The notes: generated by a model not told the origin, from the sequence alone. A stretch of DNA of 49,490 nt from Syntrophales bacterium (GCA_035685905.1 DASRZY010000228.1:1-49490); one strand, 5' to 3'. Positions 27,251 to 37,731 are shown, counted from the stretch's first letter. Program-made: numbers and translations.

Positions 27251-27297
27251 ATTTTTCATGCCGCGGGGGCAAACCGACAGGAGTCAAGGAGGTCGTT

Positions 27298-28440
27298 ATG
27301 TCAGGAATCCGTTGCAGAGTGTTCTTTTCGTTGCTGTTCGTCGTTTTGACGGCGTGCCCGGCACTGGGGGCCCCTCCCGTCAAGATCGGGGCCCTGTTCT
27401 CCATCACCGGCCCCGCATCGTTCCTCGGCGAACCGGAGCGCAACACCGCTCAAATGGTTGTCGACGAGATCAACAAGGCCGGCGGGATCAAGGGGCGCAC
27501 CCTGGAGCTCGTGACGTATGACACGCAGGGGGATGCCACAAAAGCCGTGCAGGCCGCCACCCGGCTGATCAAGGAAGACAAGGTCGTTGCGATCATCGGT
27601 CCCAGCACGACAGGGGACACGATGGCGGTCATCCCCCTGGTGGAGAAGGCGCAGATACCCCTTGTCTCCTGCGCCGCCGGGATAAAAATCACCGAGCCGG
27701 TCAAGAAATGGGTCTTCAAGACGGCCCAGAACGACTCCCTGGCCGTCGCCCGGATTTACGAACAGCTGAAGAAACGGAAGATCAGCAAGATCGCCGTTCT
27801 GACCGTTTCCGACTCCTTCGGGGCATCCGGGAGAGAACAGCTCACGGCCCAAGCCAGGAGCCACGGCATTCAGATCGTCACGGACGAGACCTACGGGCCG
27901 AAGGACACGGACATGACCGCGCAGCTCACGAAAATCCGGGGCACCCAGGCGCAGGCCATCGTATGCTGGGGAACCAATCCGGGCCCCGCCATTATCGCGA
28001 GGAACGTCAAGCAGCTGGGACTCAACATTCCCCTGTACATGAGCCACGGCGTTTCATCGAAGAAGTTCATTGAACTCGCCGGCGATGCCTCCGAGGGGAT
28101 CATCCTGCCATCCGGGCGGGTGCTGGTGGCAAATCTGCTGCCCAACTCGGATCCGCAGAAGAAAAACCTGCAGAAATTCGTGAAGGACTACCAGGCGCGG
28201 TACAAGGCCGAAGGGGACCACTTCGGCGGACATGCCTGGGATGCCGTCATGCTGTTGAAGGGCGCGATCGAACGCGGGGGCGACTCCCCGGCGGCAATCC
28301 GCGATCAGCTCGAGCAAACTCGAAATTTCAGCGGGATCGGGGGCATTTTCAACTACTCTGCGCAGGACCACGCCGGGCTCACGATGGATGCCTTCGTCCT
28401 GGTGGAAGTGAAGAAAAAAGGCTGGGCCCTCGTGAAGTGA
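27298..28440 (+). CDS. ABC transporter substrate-binding protein, LivK/branched-chain amino acid family
   Basis: Signal peptide, then IKIGALFSITGPASFLG..; RBS aaggagg. Confidence 0.9.
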   Translation: MSGIRCRVFFSLLFVVLTACPALGAPPVKIGALFSITGPASFLGEPERNTAQMVVDEINKAGGIKGRTLELVTYDTQGDATKAVQAATRLIKEDKVVAIIGPSTTGDTMAVIPLVEKAQIPLVSCAAGIKITEPVKKWVFKTAQNDSLAVARIYEQLKKRKISKIAVLTVSDSFGASGREQLTAQARSHGIQIVTDETYGPKDTDMTAQLTKIRGTQAQAIVCWGTNPGPAIIARNVKQLGLNIPLYMSHGVSSKKFIELAGDASEGIILPSGRVLVANLLPNSDPQKKNLQKFVKDYQARYKAEGDHFGGHAWDAVMLLKGAIERGGDSPAAIRDQLEQTRNFSGIGGIFNYSAQDHAGLTMDAFVLVEVKKKGWALVK

Positions 28441-28497
28441 CCCCGTGATCGGCAGAGGATACGACAGGAATCTGCATCGAAGAGGAATCGAGGGCTG

Positions 28498-29382
28498 ATG
28501 GAAACTGCCTCGCAAATCGTTCAATATCTTTTGTCCGGCCTTTCGACCGGAGCCATCTACGCCCTGATCGGCCTGGGGTTTGCCGTCATCTACAACGCCA
28601 CCGGGATCATCAACTTTGCCCAGGGGGAGTTTGTGATGCTCGGCGGGATGCTGACCCTGTTCTTCCTTACGGACATGAACCTGCCGCTGGTGCCCGCGGT
28701 GATGCTGGCCATTTTTTCCTCGACGGCCGTGGGCACCGCCTTCGAGCGTCTCGCCATCAGGCCGCTGAGAAACGCCACCCCCTTGAGCCTGGTCATCATC
28801 ACCATCGGCGCCAGCATCCTGATCCGCGGTCAGGCCATGCTCCTGTGGGGCAAGGACACCCATGCCCTGCCGCCCTTCTCCGGCAGCGACCCCCTGGAGA
28901 TCGCCGGTGCAACCATCCTGCCGCAGCACCTGTGGATCTTTGCCGTCACCATCGTGATCATTGTCGCCAGCAGGCTGTTTTTCACGTACAGCATAGCCGG
29001 CAAGGCCATGCGTGCCTGTGCCTATAACCCCCGGGCTGCAGGTCTCGTCGGCATCGATGTCAGGAAAATGGTTCTTTTCTCGTTCGTCATCAGTTCCGCC
29101 ATCGGTTCCATGGCCGGGATCATCGTTGCCCCCCTCACGATGACCTCCTACGATGTGGGCATCCTGCTGGGGCTCAAGGGGTTTTGCGCAGCGATCATCG
29201 GGGGCATGAGCAGCGGGCTCGGCACGGTGATCGGGGGATTGCTTCTCGGTGTCCTGGAATCACTGGGCGCGGGGTTGATCTCCGCAAGCTACAAGGATGC
29301 CATCGCCTTCGTTGTCCTGCTGGTCATCCTGTTCGTCAGGCCGGAGGGAGTGTTCAAGAAGACGGAAACAGAACGGGTATGA
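28498..29382 (+). CDS. ABC transporter permease, LivH family
   Basis: 294 aa, polytopic, with the INFAQGEFVMLG motif. Confidence 0.9.
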   Translation: METASQIVQYLLSGLSTGAIYALIGLGFAVIYNATGIINFAQGEFVMLGGMLTLFFLTDMNLPLVPAVMLAIFSSTAVGTAFERLAIRPLRNATPLSLVIITIGASILIRGQAMLLWGKDTHALPPFSGSDPLEIAGATILPQHLWIFAVTIVIIVASRLFFTYSIAGKAMRACAYNPRAAGLVGIDVRKMVLFSFVISSAIGSMAGIIVAPLTMTSYDVGILLGLKGFCAAIIGGMSSGLGTVIGGLLLGVLESLGAGLISASYKDAIAFVVLLVILFVRPEGVFKKTETERV

Positions 29383-29469
29383 TTCTCATCCCCGTTGGTC
29401 CTCCCCGCAGGGGCCGGCAGAATATGAAATGCACGGGGGCCTGTGCATCGGCTGTTTAGGGAAGAAGCA

Positions 29470-30444
29470 ATGACGAGGGAAAAACGGAAATTCCTGGCAT
29501 TCGCACTCTTTACGCTGGCGGTCCTGATCGCCCCGCTCTTCTTCCAGGGCAGCTACCTCGTGAATGTGATGGTGTTTGTCGGCATCAACACGATGCTCGC
29601 CGTCGCACTGAATCTCCTGCTCGGGCTGGCCGGTCAGATTTCTCTCGGTCATGCCGCTTTCTTCGGGCTCGGGGCGTACCTGTCCGGCGTTCTCACAACG
29701 GCGTATGCCGTCGGGCCCTGGAGCGCCATGGCCCTGTCGGCCGTTGCGGTCGGGTGTCTTTCCTTCCTGATCGGGTTCCCCATCCTGAAGCTCAAGGGGC
29801 ACTATCTTGCCATGGCGACGCTGGGCTTCGGCATCATCGTCTACATTCTTCTCAATGAAACGGTGGATCTGACCGGCGGGCCGTCGGGACTCTCGGGGAT
29901 CCCCAATCTCTCGATCGGTCCATGGGCCTTCGACAGCGACGAGAAAAACTATTATCTCATCTGGGGCTTTACCCTTCTGACCATGCTTTTGTCGATCAAC
30001 CTGTCCAACTCCAGGATCGGCAGGGCACTCAGGGCCATCCACGACTCCGAAATCGCCGCCCGGGTCATGGGGGTCAATGCCCGGCTCCTGAAAGTCCAGG
30101 TGTTCGCGATCTCGGCCATCCTCTCGGCCCTGGCGGGAAGTCTCTACGCCAGCACGATGACGTTTATCGCACCGGCTTCCTTCGGGTTCAACGTCTCGGT
30201 GGAACTGGTGACCATGGTCATCGTCGGCGGTCTCGGCAGCATCTACGGCTCTTTTCTCGGGGCGGGCATCCTGACCCTGCTTCCCGAGTATCTTCGGGTC
30301 CTGCAGGATTATGATATCGTGGTCTACGGATTGCTGCTGATTGTGATGACGATGTTCATGCCCGGCGGCCTTGTGAGCGGGATTCGGCGGGTCGAGGCGG
30401 CCGCCCGTGCGGGCATGAGAGGAAAGGACCGGACGAATGCTTAG
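29470..30444 (+). CDS. ABC transporter permease, LivM family
   Basis: GQISLGHAAFFGLGAY motif. I preferred the ATG at 29470 over the GTG at 29443. Confidence 0.88.
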   Translation: MTREKRKFLAFALFTLAVLIAPLFFQGSYLVNVMVFVGINTMLAVALNLLLGLAGQISLGHAAFFGLGAYLSGVLTTAYAVGPWSAMALSAVAVGCLSFLIGFPILKLKGHYLAMATLGFGIIVYILLNETVDLTGGPSGLSGIPNLSIGPWAFDSDEKNYYLIWGFTLLTMLLSINLSNSRIGRALRAIHDSEIAARVMGVNARLLKVQVFAISAILSALAGSLYASTMTFIAPASFGFNVSVELVTMVIVGGLGSIYGSFLGAGILTLLPEYLRVLQDYDIVVYGLLLIVMTMFMPGGLVSGIRRVEAAARAGMRGKDRTNA

Positions 30445-31189
30445 ACTGCAGGGCGTAACCAAGGTGTTCGGGGGGCTCACGGCGCTGGAAAATGTGTCTG
30501 TCTCCATGGAGAAAGGCGCCATCACCGGCGTCATCGGCCCCAACGGGGCCGGCAAGACGACCCTGTTCAATATCGTGTCCGGCATTTACAGCCTCACATC
30601 GGGGAGCATCTTTCTGGAAGAGAAAAACATCTCTGGATTTGCGCCGGAGACGCTTGCGACGCTGGGCCTGGTGCGGACCTTCCAGAATGTGGAGCTCTTC
30701 GGGAAGATGAGCGTCCTGGAAAATGTCATGGTGGGTCTGCACACCAGGAGCAGAAGCGGAATCGTTTCCTGTGCCTTCAGGCTGCCGGGCCAGGTCAGGG
30801 AGGAAAAGCGCATCCGGGAGCTCGGCATGAAATGGCTCGAATTCGTCGGCATGGCCGATTCGGCTGATCTGACGGCGGCGAGCCTGCCTTTCGGCAAGGG
30901 CAGGCTTCTCGAGATTGCCCGGGCCCTTGCCGTCGAACCGCGGATCATCCTGATGGATGAACCTGCAGCAGGGCTCAACAGCCGGGAGACGATCGGGCTT
31001 GCCGCACTGATCAAGCGGATCCGGCTCTCCGGCATCACGGTGATTCTCGTGGAGCACGACATGGACCTGGTCATGGACGTCTGTGACAGGGTCGTCGTCC
31101 TGAATCTGGGGTGCATGCTGGCGGAGGGGACTCCGCGGGAGATCCAGGAAAACCCGTCGGTCATCTCCGCGTATCTGGGTGAAGGGTAA
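30437..31189 (+). CDS. ABC transporter ATP-binding protein, LivG family
   Basis: GPNGAGKTT, LMDEPAAGL. 8-nt overlap with the upstream gene. Confidence 0.9.
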   Translation: MLRLQGVTKVFGGLTALENVSVSMEKGAITGVIGPNGAGKTTLFNIVSGIYSLTSGSIFLEEKNISGFAPETLATLGLVRTFQNVELFGKMSVLENVMVGLHTRSRSGIVSCAFRLPGQVREEKRIRELGMKWLEFVGMADSADLTAASLPFGKGRLLEIARALAVEPRIILMDEPAAGLNSRETIGLAALIKRIRLSGITVILVEHDMDLVMDVCDRVVVLNLGCMLAEGTPREIQENPSVISAYLGEG

Positions 31190-31240
31190 CGGGGAAAGAG
31201 TCTCAGGGCCCCGAATTTGACCGATGAAGAGACATCGGAT

Positions 31241-31984
31241 ATGCTGAGAATCAAAAATATCAACACCTATTACGGACAGGTCCATGCCCTGAAAAACGTC
31301 TCCCTGCATTTGCAGGAAGGCGAGATCGTCACGCTGATCGGCGCAAACGGTGCCGGCAAGACGACCCTCCTGAACTCCCTGTCGGGCATTGTGCCCGCCA
31401 AGAGCGGCCAGATCCTGTTTGCGGGCGAGCCCGTCCACGATCTTCCGGCGCACCGGATCGTCGAGGTCGGCGTCTCGCAGGTCCCTGAAGGCCGGCAGGT
31501 TTTCAAACCTCTTGACGTTGCCGACAACCTCGAGCTGGGTGGGTACGTGCGGCGCAGGAAACGGGAGGGCAAAAAAGATATGAAAGCCGCGCTGGCCATG
31601 GTGTATGAGCTGTTTCCCGTGCTCTCGGAGAGGAAAAAGCAGCCGGCGGGAACCCTTTCCGGGGGAGAGCAGCAGATGCTGGCCATCGGACGCGCGCTGA
31701 TGGCGCAGCCGCGATTGCTGCTTCTCGATGAACCCTCCATGGGGCTGGCGCCTCTCATCGTACAGGAGATATTCCGGGTCATCGAGAGCCTGTCGCGGGA
31801 GCGGAAGACGACGGTCCTTCTCGTTGAGCAGAACGCGAGGGCGGCCCTGAAGATCGCCGATCGCGGCTATGTGATCGAGACGGGGAAAATCATTCTCGAA
31901 GGGGCAGCGGCCGAGCTGCTGGAGAACCGCGAGGTCCAGAGGGCCTATCTCGGCAAGGACAAGAAGCAGATCTGGGAACGATAA
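31241..31984 (+). CDS. ABC transporter ATP-binding protein, LivF family
   Basis: GANGAGKTT, LSGGEQQML, LLLDEPSMGL. ATG at 31241 matches the usual MLxIxN..YG start. Confidence 0.9.
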   Translation: MLRIKNINTYYGQVHALKNVSLHLQEGEIVTLIGANGAGKTTLLNSLSGIVPAKSGQILFAGEPVHDLPAHRIVEVGVSQVPEGRQVFKPLDVADNLELGGYVRRRKREGKKDMKAALAMVYELFPVLSERKKQPAGTLSGGEQQMLAIGRALMAQPRLLLLDEPSMGLAPLIVQEIFRVIESLSRERKTTVLLVEQNARAALKIADRGYVIETGKIILEGAAAELLENREVQRAYLGKDKKQIWER

Positions 31985-32013
31985 CGATCGATCCGCCGCC
32001 AGGAGGCTTGGGT

Positions 32014-33318
32014 ATGACTATCTGGGATTCCGCTCGTGAAAGCCTGTCGCGCGATGAGCTCGAACAGCTCCAGCTGGAGCGGCTTCAGGCAACCGTGAAC
32101 CGGGTTTACAAGAATGTGATTCACTATCGGAAGATATTCACGGAACGGGGGATCATCCCGGAGGATATCCAGTCGCTGGCCGATCTGGCACGTCTTCCCT
32201 TCACCACACGGGATGACCTGCGCCTGAATTACCCGTACGGGATGTTTGCCGTGCCGCTCCGGGAAGTCGTCCGCATTCACTCCTCTTCCGGCACGACCAG
32301 CAAGCCCATCGTCATGGGGTACACGAAAAACGATGTCAGGATGTGGTCCAATCTCGTCGCCCGGTTTATGACCGCAGCCGGTGTGACCCGGGACGACCTG
32401 GTCCAGATTGCCTTCAATTACGGTCTCTTTACCGGTGCATTCGGCCTGCATTACGGTGCGGAGACCATCGGCGCATCGGTGATCCCCACGAGCACGGGGA
32501 ATACGGAAAAGCAGATCATGATCATGCAGGATTACAAGACAACGGTGCTGGTCTGCACGCCGAGCTACGCGCTGATCCTGGCCGACCGGATGAACCAGAT
32601 GGGGATCGACCCGAAGGGGCTGTCCCTGAGGGTGGGGCTGTTCGGCGGAGAGCCCTGGTCGGAAGCCATGCGGGCGGAAATCGAAGCCAGGCTGCACCTC
32701 AGGGCGACCGACAACTACGGCCTGTCGGAGGTCATTGGGCCGGGTGTCGCCGGCGAGTGCGCCTGCAGAAAAGGCATGCATCTGTCCGAGGATGCGTTGA
32801 TCCCCGAAATCATCGACCCGGAGACGACAGCCGTCCTGCCGCCCGGGAGGGAAGGCGAACTCGTGCTGACCACCCTCAACAAGGAAGCCTTTCCGATGAT
32901 CCGTTATCGCACGGGGGACTTGACGAGTCTCGACTACGAAACGTGCGACTGCGGCAGAACACTGGTTCGCATGAAGAAAACCATGACGCGCTCCGACGAC
33001 ATGCTCATCGTAAAAGGGGTCAATGTGTTTCCCTCGCAAATCAGGGAAATCCTTTTTGACACGGCGCAGGGTGAAGCCCCGCATCAGATCATCGTCGAAC
33101 GCGAGGCGGCCATGGATGTCCTCGAGGTGAGGATCGAGGTCACGGAACGGATTTTTACCGTCGAGGTTCAAAAGCCCCGGGCTTTCCTGGAGATGTTCAG
33201 GAAACGCATCAAATCCGTGATCGGCATCGATGTCGCTGTCAGCCTGGTCGAGCCGGGCAGCCTGTCCAGGGACGACGCAGGGGTGATCCCGGTCATCGAC
33301 AAGAGGCGGGCATCGTGA
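32014..33318 (+). CDS. phenylacetate-CoA ligase family (PaaK-like / coenzyme F390 synthetase-like) adenylate-forming enzyme
   Basis: LPFTTRDDLR..HSSSGTTSKP..YGLSE.. motifs. RBS aggagg at 32001-32006. Confidence 0.9.
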   Translation: MTIWDSARESLSRDELEQLQLERLQATVNRVYKNVIHYRKIFTERGIIPEDIQSLADLARLPFTTRDDLRLNYPYGMFAVPLREVVRIHSSSGTTSKPIVMGYTKNDVRMWSNLVARFMTAAGVTRDDLVQIAFNYGLFTGAFGLHYGAETIGASVIPTSTGNTEKQIMIMQDYKTTVLVCTPSYALILADRMNQMGIDPKGLSLRVGLFGGEPWSEAMRAEIEARLHLRATDNYGLSEVIGPGVAGECACRKGMHLSEDALIPEIIDPETTAVLPPGREGELVLTTLNKEAFPMIRYRTGDLTSLDYETCDCGRTLVRMKKTMTRSDDMLIVKGVNVFPSQIREILFDTAQGEAPHQIIVEREAAMDVLEVRIEVTERIFTVEVQKPRAFLEMFRKRIKSVIGIDVAVSLVEPGSLSRDDAGVIPVIDKRRAS

Positions 33319-33473
33319 AAAGGGCGGCATCTGCTGATCTGCCATTCATTTTGCGGGGATCCGCAGCGACGGGGTTGATGCGGCAGACGGTCCACTCGGT
33401 TTGTGTTCAGAAACACCGAGAGAGAGGATTCTCGCGGCCGCGGAAAACCTTTGTGAAGGGTTTTGGATCGGGG

Positions 33474-33761
33474 CTACTTGGTATCCTTTAGTTTCTCCAA
33501 TTCCTCGCGGTATTTATCGGCCTCCGCCTTGGCCCGCTCGAGCTCGGCCCGTGCCTTGTTGAGCTCCTCCTTTTCCTTTTCCTGCGTCTCGCGGATCTTG
33601 TCCTTCAGCTCGTCGAGCCCCACATAAACAGCAAGCGCACCGCCCATGATGAGAAGGATCGGAATGGCACCCATGAGGAGAACGAGGAAGTGCTTGTACC
33701 AGAAGATGAGCAGAACCAGGCCCAGCATGACCGATACGCCGCCGCCAATGAGTACTGACAT
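33474..33761 (-). CDS. hypothetical small membrane protein (2 TM helices plus a charged coiled-coil tail)
   Basis: 95 aa, strong RBS (ggagggg), and a KE-rich C-terminus. Confidence 0.6.
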   Translation of the reverse strand: MSVLIGGGVSVMLGLVLLIFWYKHFLVLLMGAIPILLIMGGALAVYVGLDELKDKIRETQEKEKEELNKARAELERAKAEADKYREELEKLKDTK

Positions 33762-33902
33762 GGATTTTCCCCTCCGTCGAGTCGTGCGTTTTCATGTTCC
33801 CGCTGCCTGCAAATTCCTCCCGCGGGGATGTAACTCAAAGGAAAAACAGCTATTTTTCTAACACAATTTGCGGGGCCAGGCAAGGCGAAAAGAAAATAGT
33901 TC

Positions 33903-33931
33903 TTGATAAAAGCGGGTCGTTTCCTTAGTAT
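33903..33931 (+). promoter_or_regulatory. candidate promoter of hisIG (TTGATA-N17-TAGTAT)
   Basis: TTGATA at 33903-33908 and TAGTAT at 33926-33931. Confidence 0.45.
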
Positions 33932-33997
33932 TGCCCGTTACATAGACGAAGGAAGAAGGGCAAAGGCAAAAGGAAAAAGGAGACTGTAATCAGAGAT

Positions 33998-34372
33998 ATG
34001 GTGCAACCCGATTTCAAGAAAAGCGGCGGCCTCGTTCCCGCCGTCGTTCAGGACTATGACACGAAGGAAGTCCTGATGCTTGCCTACATGAACGAGCTTT
34101 CGTGGAAGAAAACTCTCGAAACGGGCAAGGCTACCTACTGGAGCCGCTCCCGCAACGAGCTCTGGGTCAAGGGGGAAACCTCGGGAAACGTGCAGAGGAT
34201 CAGGGAGATCCGGATCGACTGCGACAACGACACCATCCTGTTGCTGGTGGACCAGATCGGCAGGGCGGCCTGCCACACGGGGTACCGGTCGTGCTTCTAC
34301 CGGAAGCTGTCCGGCGGCAGCGAGGAAATCGTCGGCGAGCTCATTTTCAACCCGAAGGACGTCTACAAATGA
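33998..34372 (+). CDS. hisI: phosphoribosyl-AMP cyclohydrolase (monofunctional HisI)
   Basis: [39 protein letters not shown]. Confidence 0.9.
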   Translation: MVQPDFKKSGGLVPAVVQDYDTKEVLMLAYMNELSWKKTLETGKATYWSRSRNELWVKGETSGNVQRIREIRIDCDNDTILLLVDQIGRAACHTGYRSCFYRKLSGGSEEIVGELIFNPKDVYK

Positions 34373-35241
34373 AAAAACTGAAACTCGGCATACCGAAAGG
34401 AAGCCTCGAGACCAACACGGTCGATCTGTTCAAGAGAGCCGGCTGGCGGATCAGCTACGACAGCCGCAGCTATTTCCCGGACATCGACGACGAAGAGATC
34501 TCCTGCGCCCTGGCGCGTGCCCAGGAAATGTCCAAGTACATCGAGGCGGGGACCCTTGATCTGGGCCTCACGGGCCATGACTGGGTCGTCGAGAACGAGT
34601 CGGATGTTGTCGTGGTCGAAGACCTGGTGTACTCCAAGGTGCTTGCAAGACCGGCCCGCTGGGTCCTTGTCGTCCGGGAAGACTCGCCCGTGACGAAGAT
34701 CGAGGATCTGCAGGGCAAGAAGATCTCCACGGAACTCGTCAACTTCACGAAACGCTACTTCAAGGAGCGCAATATCGACGTCAAGGTGGAGTTTTCCTGG
34801 GGCGCCACGGAAGCGAAGGTTGTCGAGAGCCTCGTCGATGCCATCGTGGAAGTCACGGAGACGGGGAGCACCATCAAGGCGAATCGCCTGCGCATCGTGC
34901 ACGAGCTGATGCAGACCAACACGCAGCTCATCGCCAACAAGGCGGCCTGGGGAGACCCCTGGAAGCGCCGCAAAATAGAGCAGATCCGCACGATGCTCAA
35001 GGGATCGCTGCTGGGCATGGGGAAGGTGGTCATCAAGATGAACGTCTCCAAGGAGAACCTGGGCCGCGTGATCCTGCTGCTACCCTCCCTGAAGGCGCCC
35101 ACCATCTCGAACCTTTACAACGAGGAGTGGTTCGCCGTGGAGACGGTTGTGGACAGCAGCATCATCCGCGAGTTGATCCCCCTGCTGCAGGAAGCCGGGG
35201 CGGAGGGGATCATCGAGTACGCGCTGAACAAAGTGGTATAA
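34369..35241 (+). CDS. hisG: ATP phosphoribosyltransferase, long form
   Basis: [13 protein letters not shown].., 290 aa including the C-terminal regulatory domain. ATGA overlap with hisI. Confidence 0.9.
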   Translation: MKKLKLGIPKGSLETNTVDLFKRAGWRISYDSRSYFPDIDDEEISCALARAQEMSKYIEAGTLDLGLTGHDWVVENESDVVVVEDLVYSKVLARPARWVLVVREDSPVTKIEDLQGKKISTELVNFTKRYFKERNIDVKVEFSWGATEAKVVESLVDAIVEVTETGSTIKANRLRIVHELMQTNTQLIANKAAWGDPWKRRKIEQIRTMLKGSLLGMGKVVIKMNVSKENLGRVILLLPSLKAPTISNLYNEEWFAVETVVDSSIIRELIPLLQEAGAEGIIEYALNKVV

Positions 35242-35256
35242 GACCAGCGGGCCGCA

Positions 35257-35420
35257 CAGGATTCTCCCGCGAACAGGCTCTTTTCGACCGCTCTACGGTT
35301 CGCTTCGCTGCAGACGCAAAAACTCGCCCTTGCGGGCTCAGACAATTTGCGCTGCGGCCGCTTCGCTTCACCTAGATCGGTTCGCGAAAAGGAGCCTGAA
35401 TTTCGCGTTCCAGAATCCTG
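35257..35420. repeat. ~165-nt imperfect nested palindrome (MITE-like or structured RNA) between hisG and hisB
   Basis: Arms are caggattctcccgcgaacaggctcttttcgaccg (35257-35290) and the rc of cggttcgcgaaaaggagcctgaatttcgcgttccagaatcctg (35378-35420). An inner IR is ctgcagacgcaaa / tttgcgctgcgg, and the central hairpin is gcccttgcgggc. Confidence 0.65.
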
Positions 35421-35451
35421 TCACGGTCCAACGCGTAAAAGGGGAGGGGGC

Positions 35452-36039
35452 ATGGCCAGGAAAGCGAAGATCGACAGGAAGACGTCGGAAACGGACATAC
35501 ACATCCTTCTGGATCTCGACGGAACGGGCAGGGGAAAGATCGCCACGACAATCCCGTTCCTCGATCACATGCTCACACTCATGGCCCGGCATGGCCTGTT
35601 CGACCTGACGGTGAGGGGCAGCGGGGACACGGACGTCGACGATCATCACCTCGTCGAGGACATCGGCATCTGCCTGGGGCAGGCATTCAAAGAGGCGCTC
35701 ACGGAGAAGGAGGGGATCAACCGCTACGGGTCCGCCACGGTCCCCATGGATGAGAGCCTTGCGGCGGTGCACGTTGATCTTTCGGGCCGGACCTACCTCG
35801 TGTACGACGTGAATTTCGGCGCCCGGAAGATCAAGACCTTCGACCTCGCTCTCATCCGGGAGTTCTTCAAGGCCTTTGCCGATCACAGTGGAATGACCTT
35901 GCACGTGAACGTCATGTATGGTAAGAATAATCACCACATCGTAGAGGCGGTTTTCAAGGCATTTGCGCGGGCCCTGCGTGAGGCCGTCACCCTGAACAGC
36001 CGTGTCCGGGGAGTCCTTTCGACGAAGGGGACCCTTTAA
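35452..36039 (+). CDS. hisB: imidazoleglycerol-phosphate dehydratase
   Basis: RKTSETDI..FLDHML..DDHHLVEDIGI..NNHHIVEA. Confidence 0.93.
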   Translation: MARKAKIDRKTSETDIHILLDLDGTGRGKIATTIPFLDHMLTLMARHGLFDLTVRGSGDTDVDDHHLVEDIGICLGQAFKEALTEKEGINRYGSATVPMDESLAAVHVDLSGRTYLVYDVNFGARKIKTFDLALIREFFKAFADHSGMTLHVNVMYGKNNHHIVEAVFKAFARALREAVTLNSRVRGVLSTKGTL

Positions 36040-36167
36040 AATACAGGTTCATTGATGTTCACCGGGAAGACGAAAACAAGGTTCTGAACAGAATCCCGCT
36101 CGTCTCCTTTTTTGTTTCATCATTTCATCCGAACACCGGCCCGAGACACTCCTGGCGGGGGAAACAA

Positions 36168-36857
36168 GTGACGTCCTTTTCGAGAGCCTCTTCTGCGTTT
36201 ATCTACACCCTTTGCATCGTATTCATCGCATTATTCGGATGCGCCTCGAGCACATCGGTGCGCACGTCAGAGACCGGGAAGGAGCCCGTCGTCCCGAAAA
36301 AGATTGCCGTTGTGCCCTTCGAGAAACTGACCTCCGACGACGGCAGCCGGGTAGCCCGCAGCCCCGTCGGCGGGACCGTTTACAGCACGTGCGCCCTGCC
36401 CCAGGATGCCGACCTGATCGTGCAGGAGCTTTTTCTCCAGAAGCTGGAGAAATCGGTCAAGGCTGCAGTCATCCCGCCCTACCAGAGCGACCCCGTTTAC
36501 CGCAGAGTGAAAAGCGACAACCCGAATGCGCCGGTGGTGCAACAACTCCAGATGACAGGCAAGGCCCTCGAGGTCGACGATGTCGTCATCGGCTATGTGT
36601 CCTGTATCCGTGAGCGGGTAGGATACGCATATTCCGCCGAACGCCCGGCATCGGTCACGTTCGGGGTCTACATGATCCAGTCGAGCGATGGGGATCTGGT
36701 CTGGGGGAGAATCTACGACAAGACCCAGCAGTCGTTTTCCGAGAATATCCTGCAGGCCTCAACATTTTTCAGCAGAGGGCTCAAGTGGGTGACGGCGCGG
36801 GAATTGGCGGAAGACGGCGTCGATGAAATACTGAAGACCTTCCCCGGGTATCAATAA
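36168..36857 (+). CDS. putative lipoprotein of unknown function
   Basis: Signal peptide with lipobox ALFGC and a GTG start. I could not assign a family confidently. Confidence 0.65.
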   Translation: MTSFSRASSAFIYTLCIVFIALFGCASSTSVRTSETGKEPVVPKKIAVVPFEKLTSDDGSRVARSPVGGTVYSTCALPQDADLIVQELFLQKLEKSVKAAVIPPYQSDPVYRRVKSDNPNAPVVQQLQMTGKALEVDDVVIGYVSCIRERVGYAYSAERPASVTFGVYMIQSSDGDLVWGRIYDKTQQSFSENILQASTFFSRGLKWVTARELAEDGVDEILKTFPGYQ

Positions 36858-36968
36858 GCACCGGCTGACCGAGAGCAATGCCGGTCCGGCGCTCCACCCG
36901 GGGATTTGCCGCAAACCGGCTTTTTTATATGGATCAGAACCGGGCCACCGGTTCCGGAGCGACTGTCC

Positions 36969-37706
36969 TTGATTATCATCCCGGCGATTGACATCCGAGG
37001 CGGCAGATGCGTCAGGCTCCTCCAGGGGGATTTCCAGCGGGAAACCGTCTACGGTTCAGACCCCGTGGAAGTGGCTCTCCGATGGGCCGCGAAAGGGGCC
37101 GAGCGCATCCACATCGTCGATCTCGACGGCTCCCGCGAGGGCCGTCCCGTCAATGATGCCGTCATCCGGCGGATCCTGTCCTCCGTCAGTGTCCCCATCG
37201 AACTGGGCGGCGGTATCCGGGATATCGGCACGGTGGACTACTACATCGGGTTAGGGGTGCAATGGACAATTCTGGGCACGGCGGCACTCAAGAACCGCGA
37301 CTTCGTCGGTGAGGCCTGCCGCCGCTTTCCGGGCCGGATCATCCTCGGCATCGACGCGAAGGACGGAAAGGTCGCCGTCGAGGGCTGGACGGAGGCAACA
37401 GGGGCGGACGCCCTCGAAGTGGCCAGGCGGTATGAGGGAATCGGACTTGCCGCCATCGTCTACACGGACATCAGCCGCGACGGCATGGAAACGGGGGTGA
37501 ACGTGCCCGCCACCGAGCGCCTCGCCCGTTCCGTAGCGATCCCCGTCATCGCCTCGGGCGGTGTCGCCGGGATGGGCGACATCGAGAGGCTCCTCGCCGT
37601 GGCTGCCCCCGGCATCCTGGGTGTGATCACGGGCAAGGCTCTATACACCGGAGCCCTCGACCTGGGAGAGGCGATCCGGAAAACGAAAGCCGGCAACCCC
37701 CGCTAA
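36969..37706 (+). CDS. hisA: 1-(5-phosphoribosyl)-5-[(5-phosphoribosylamino)methylideneamino]imidazole-4-carboxamide isomerase
   Basis: IIPAIDIRGGRCVRLLQGD..VDLDGS..GGGIR..ASGGV. TTG start at 36969. Confidence 0.88.
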   Translation: MIIIPAIDIRGGRCVRLLQGDFQRETVYGSDPVEVALRWAAKGAERIHIVDLDGSREGRPVNDAVIRRILSSVSVPIELGGGIRDIGTVDYYIGLGVQWTILGTAALKNRDFVGEACRRFPGRIILGIDAKDGKVAVEGWTEATGADALEVARRYEGIGLAAIVYTDISRDGMETGVNVPATERLARSVAIPVIASGGVAGMGDIERLLAVAAPGILGVITGKALYTGALDLGEAIRKTKAGNPR

Positions 37707-37731
37707 ACGCTGGGATCAAGGAGGTGGAGAG

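Noticed and set aside
27114-27521. TTG-initiated frame reading ..IATAAITIIAISY.. (Ile/Thr-rich), considered as a branched-chain amino acid leader peptide for the liv operon
   Set aside because: This frame has no stop before the terminator, runs through the T-tract and continues into livK out of frame. The ATG-initiated Tyr-rich frame, which stops 32 nt before the terminator stem, fits attenuator geometry much better.
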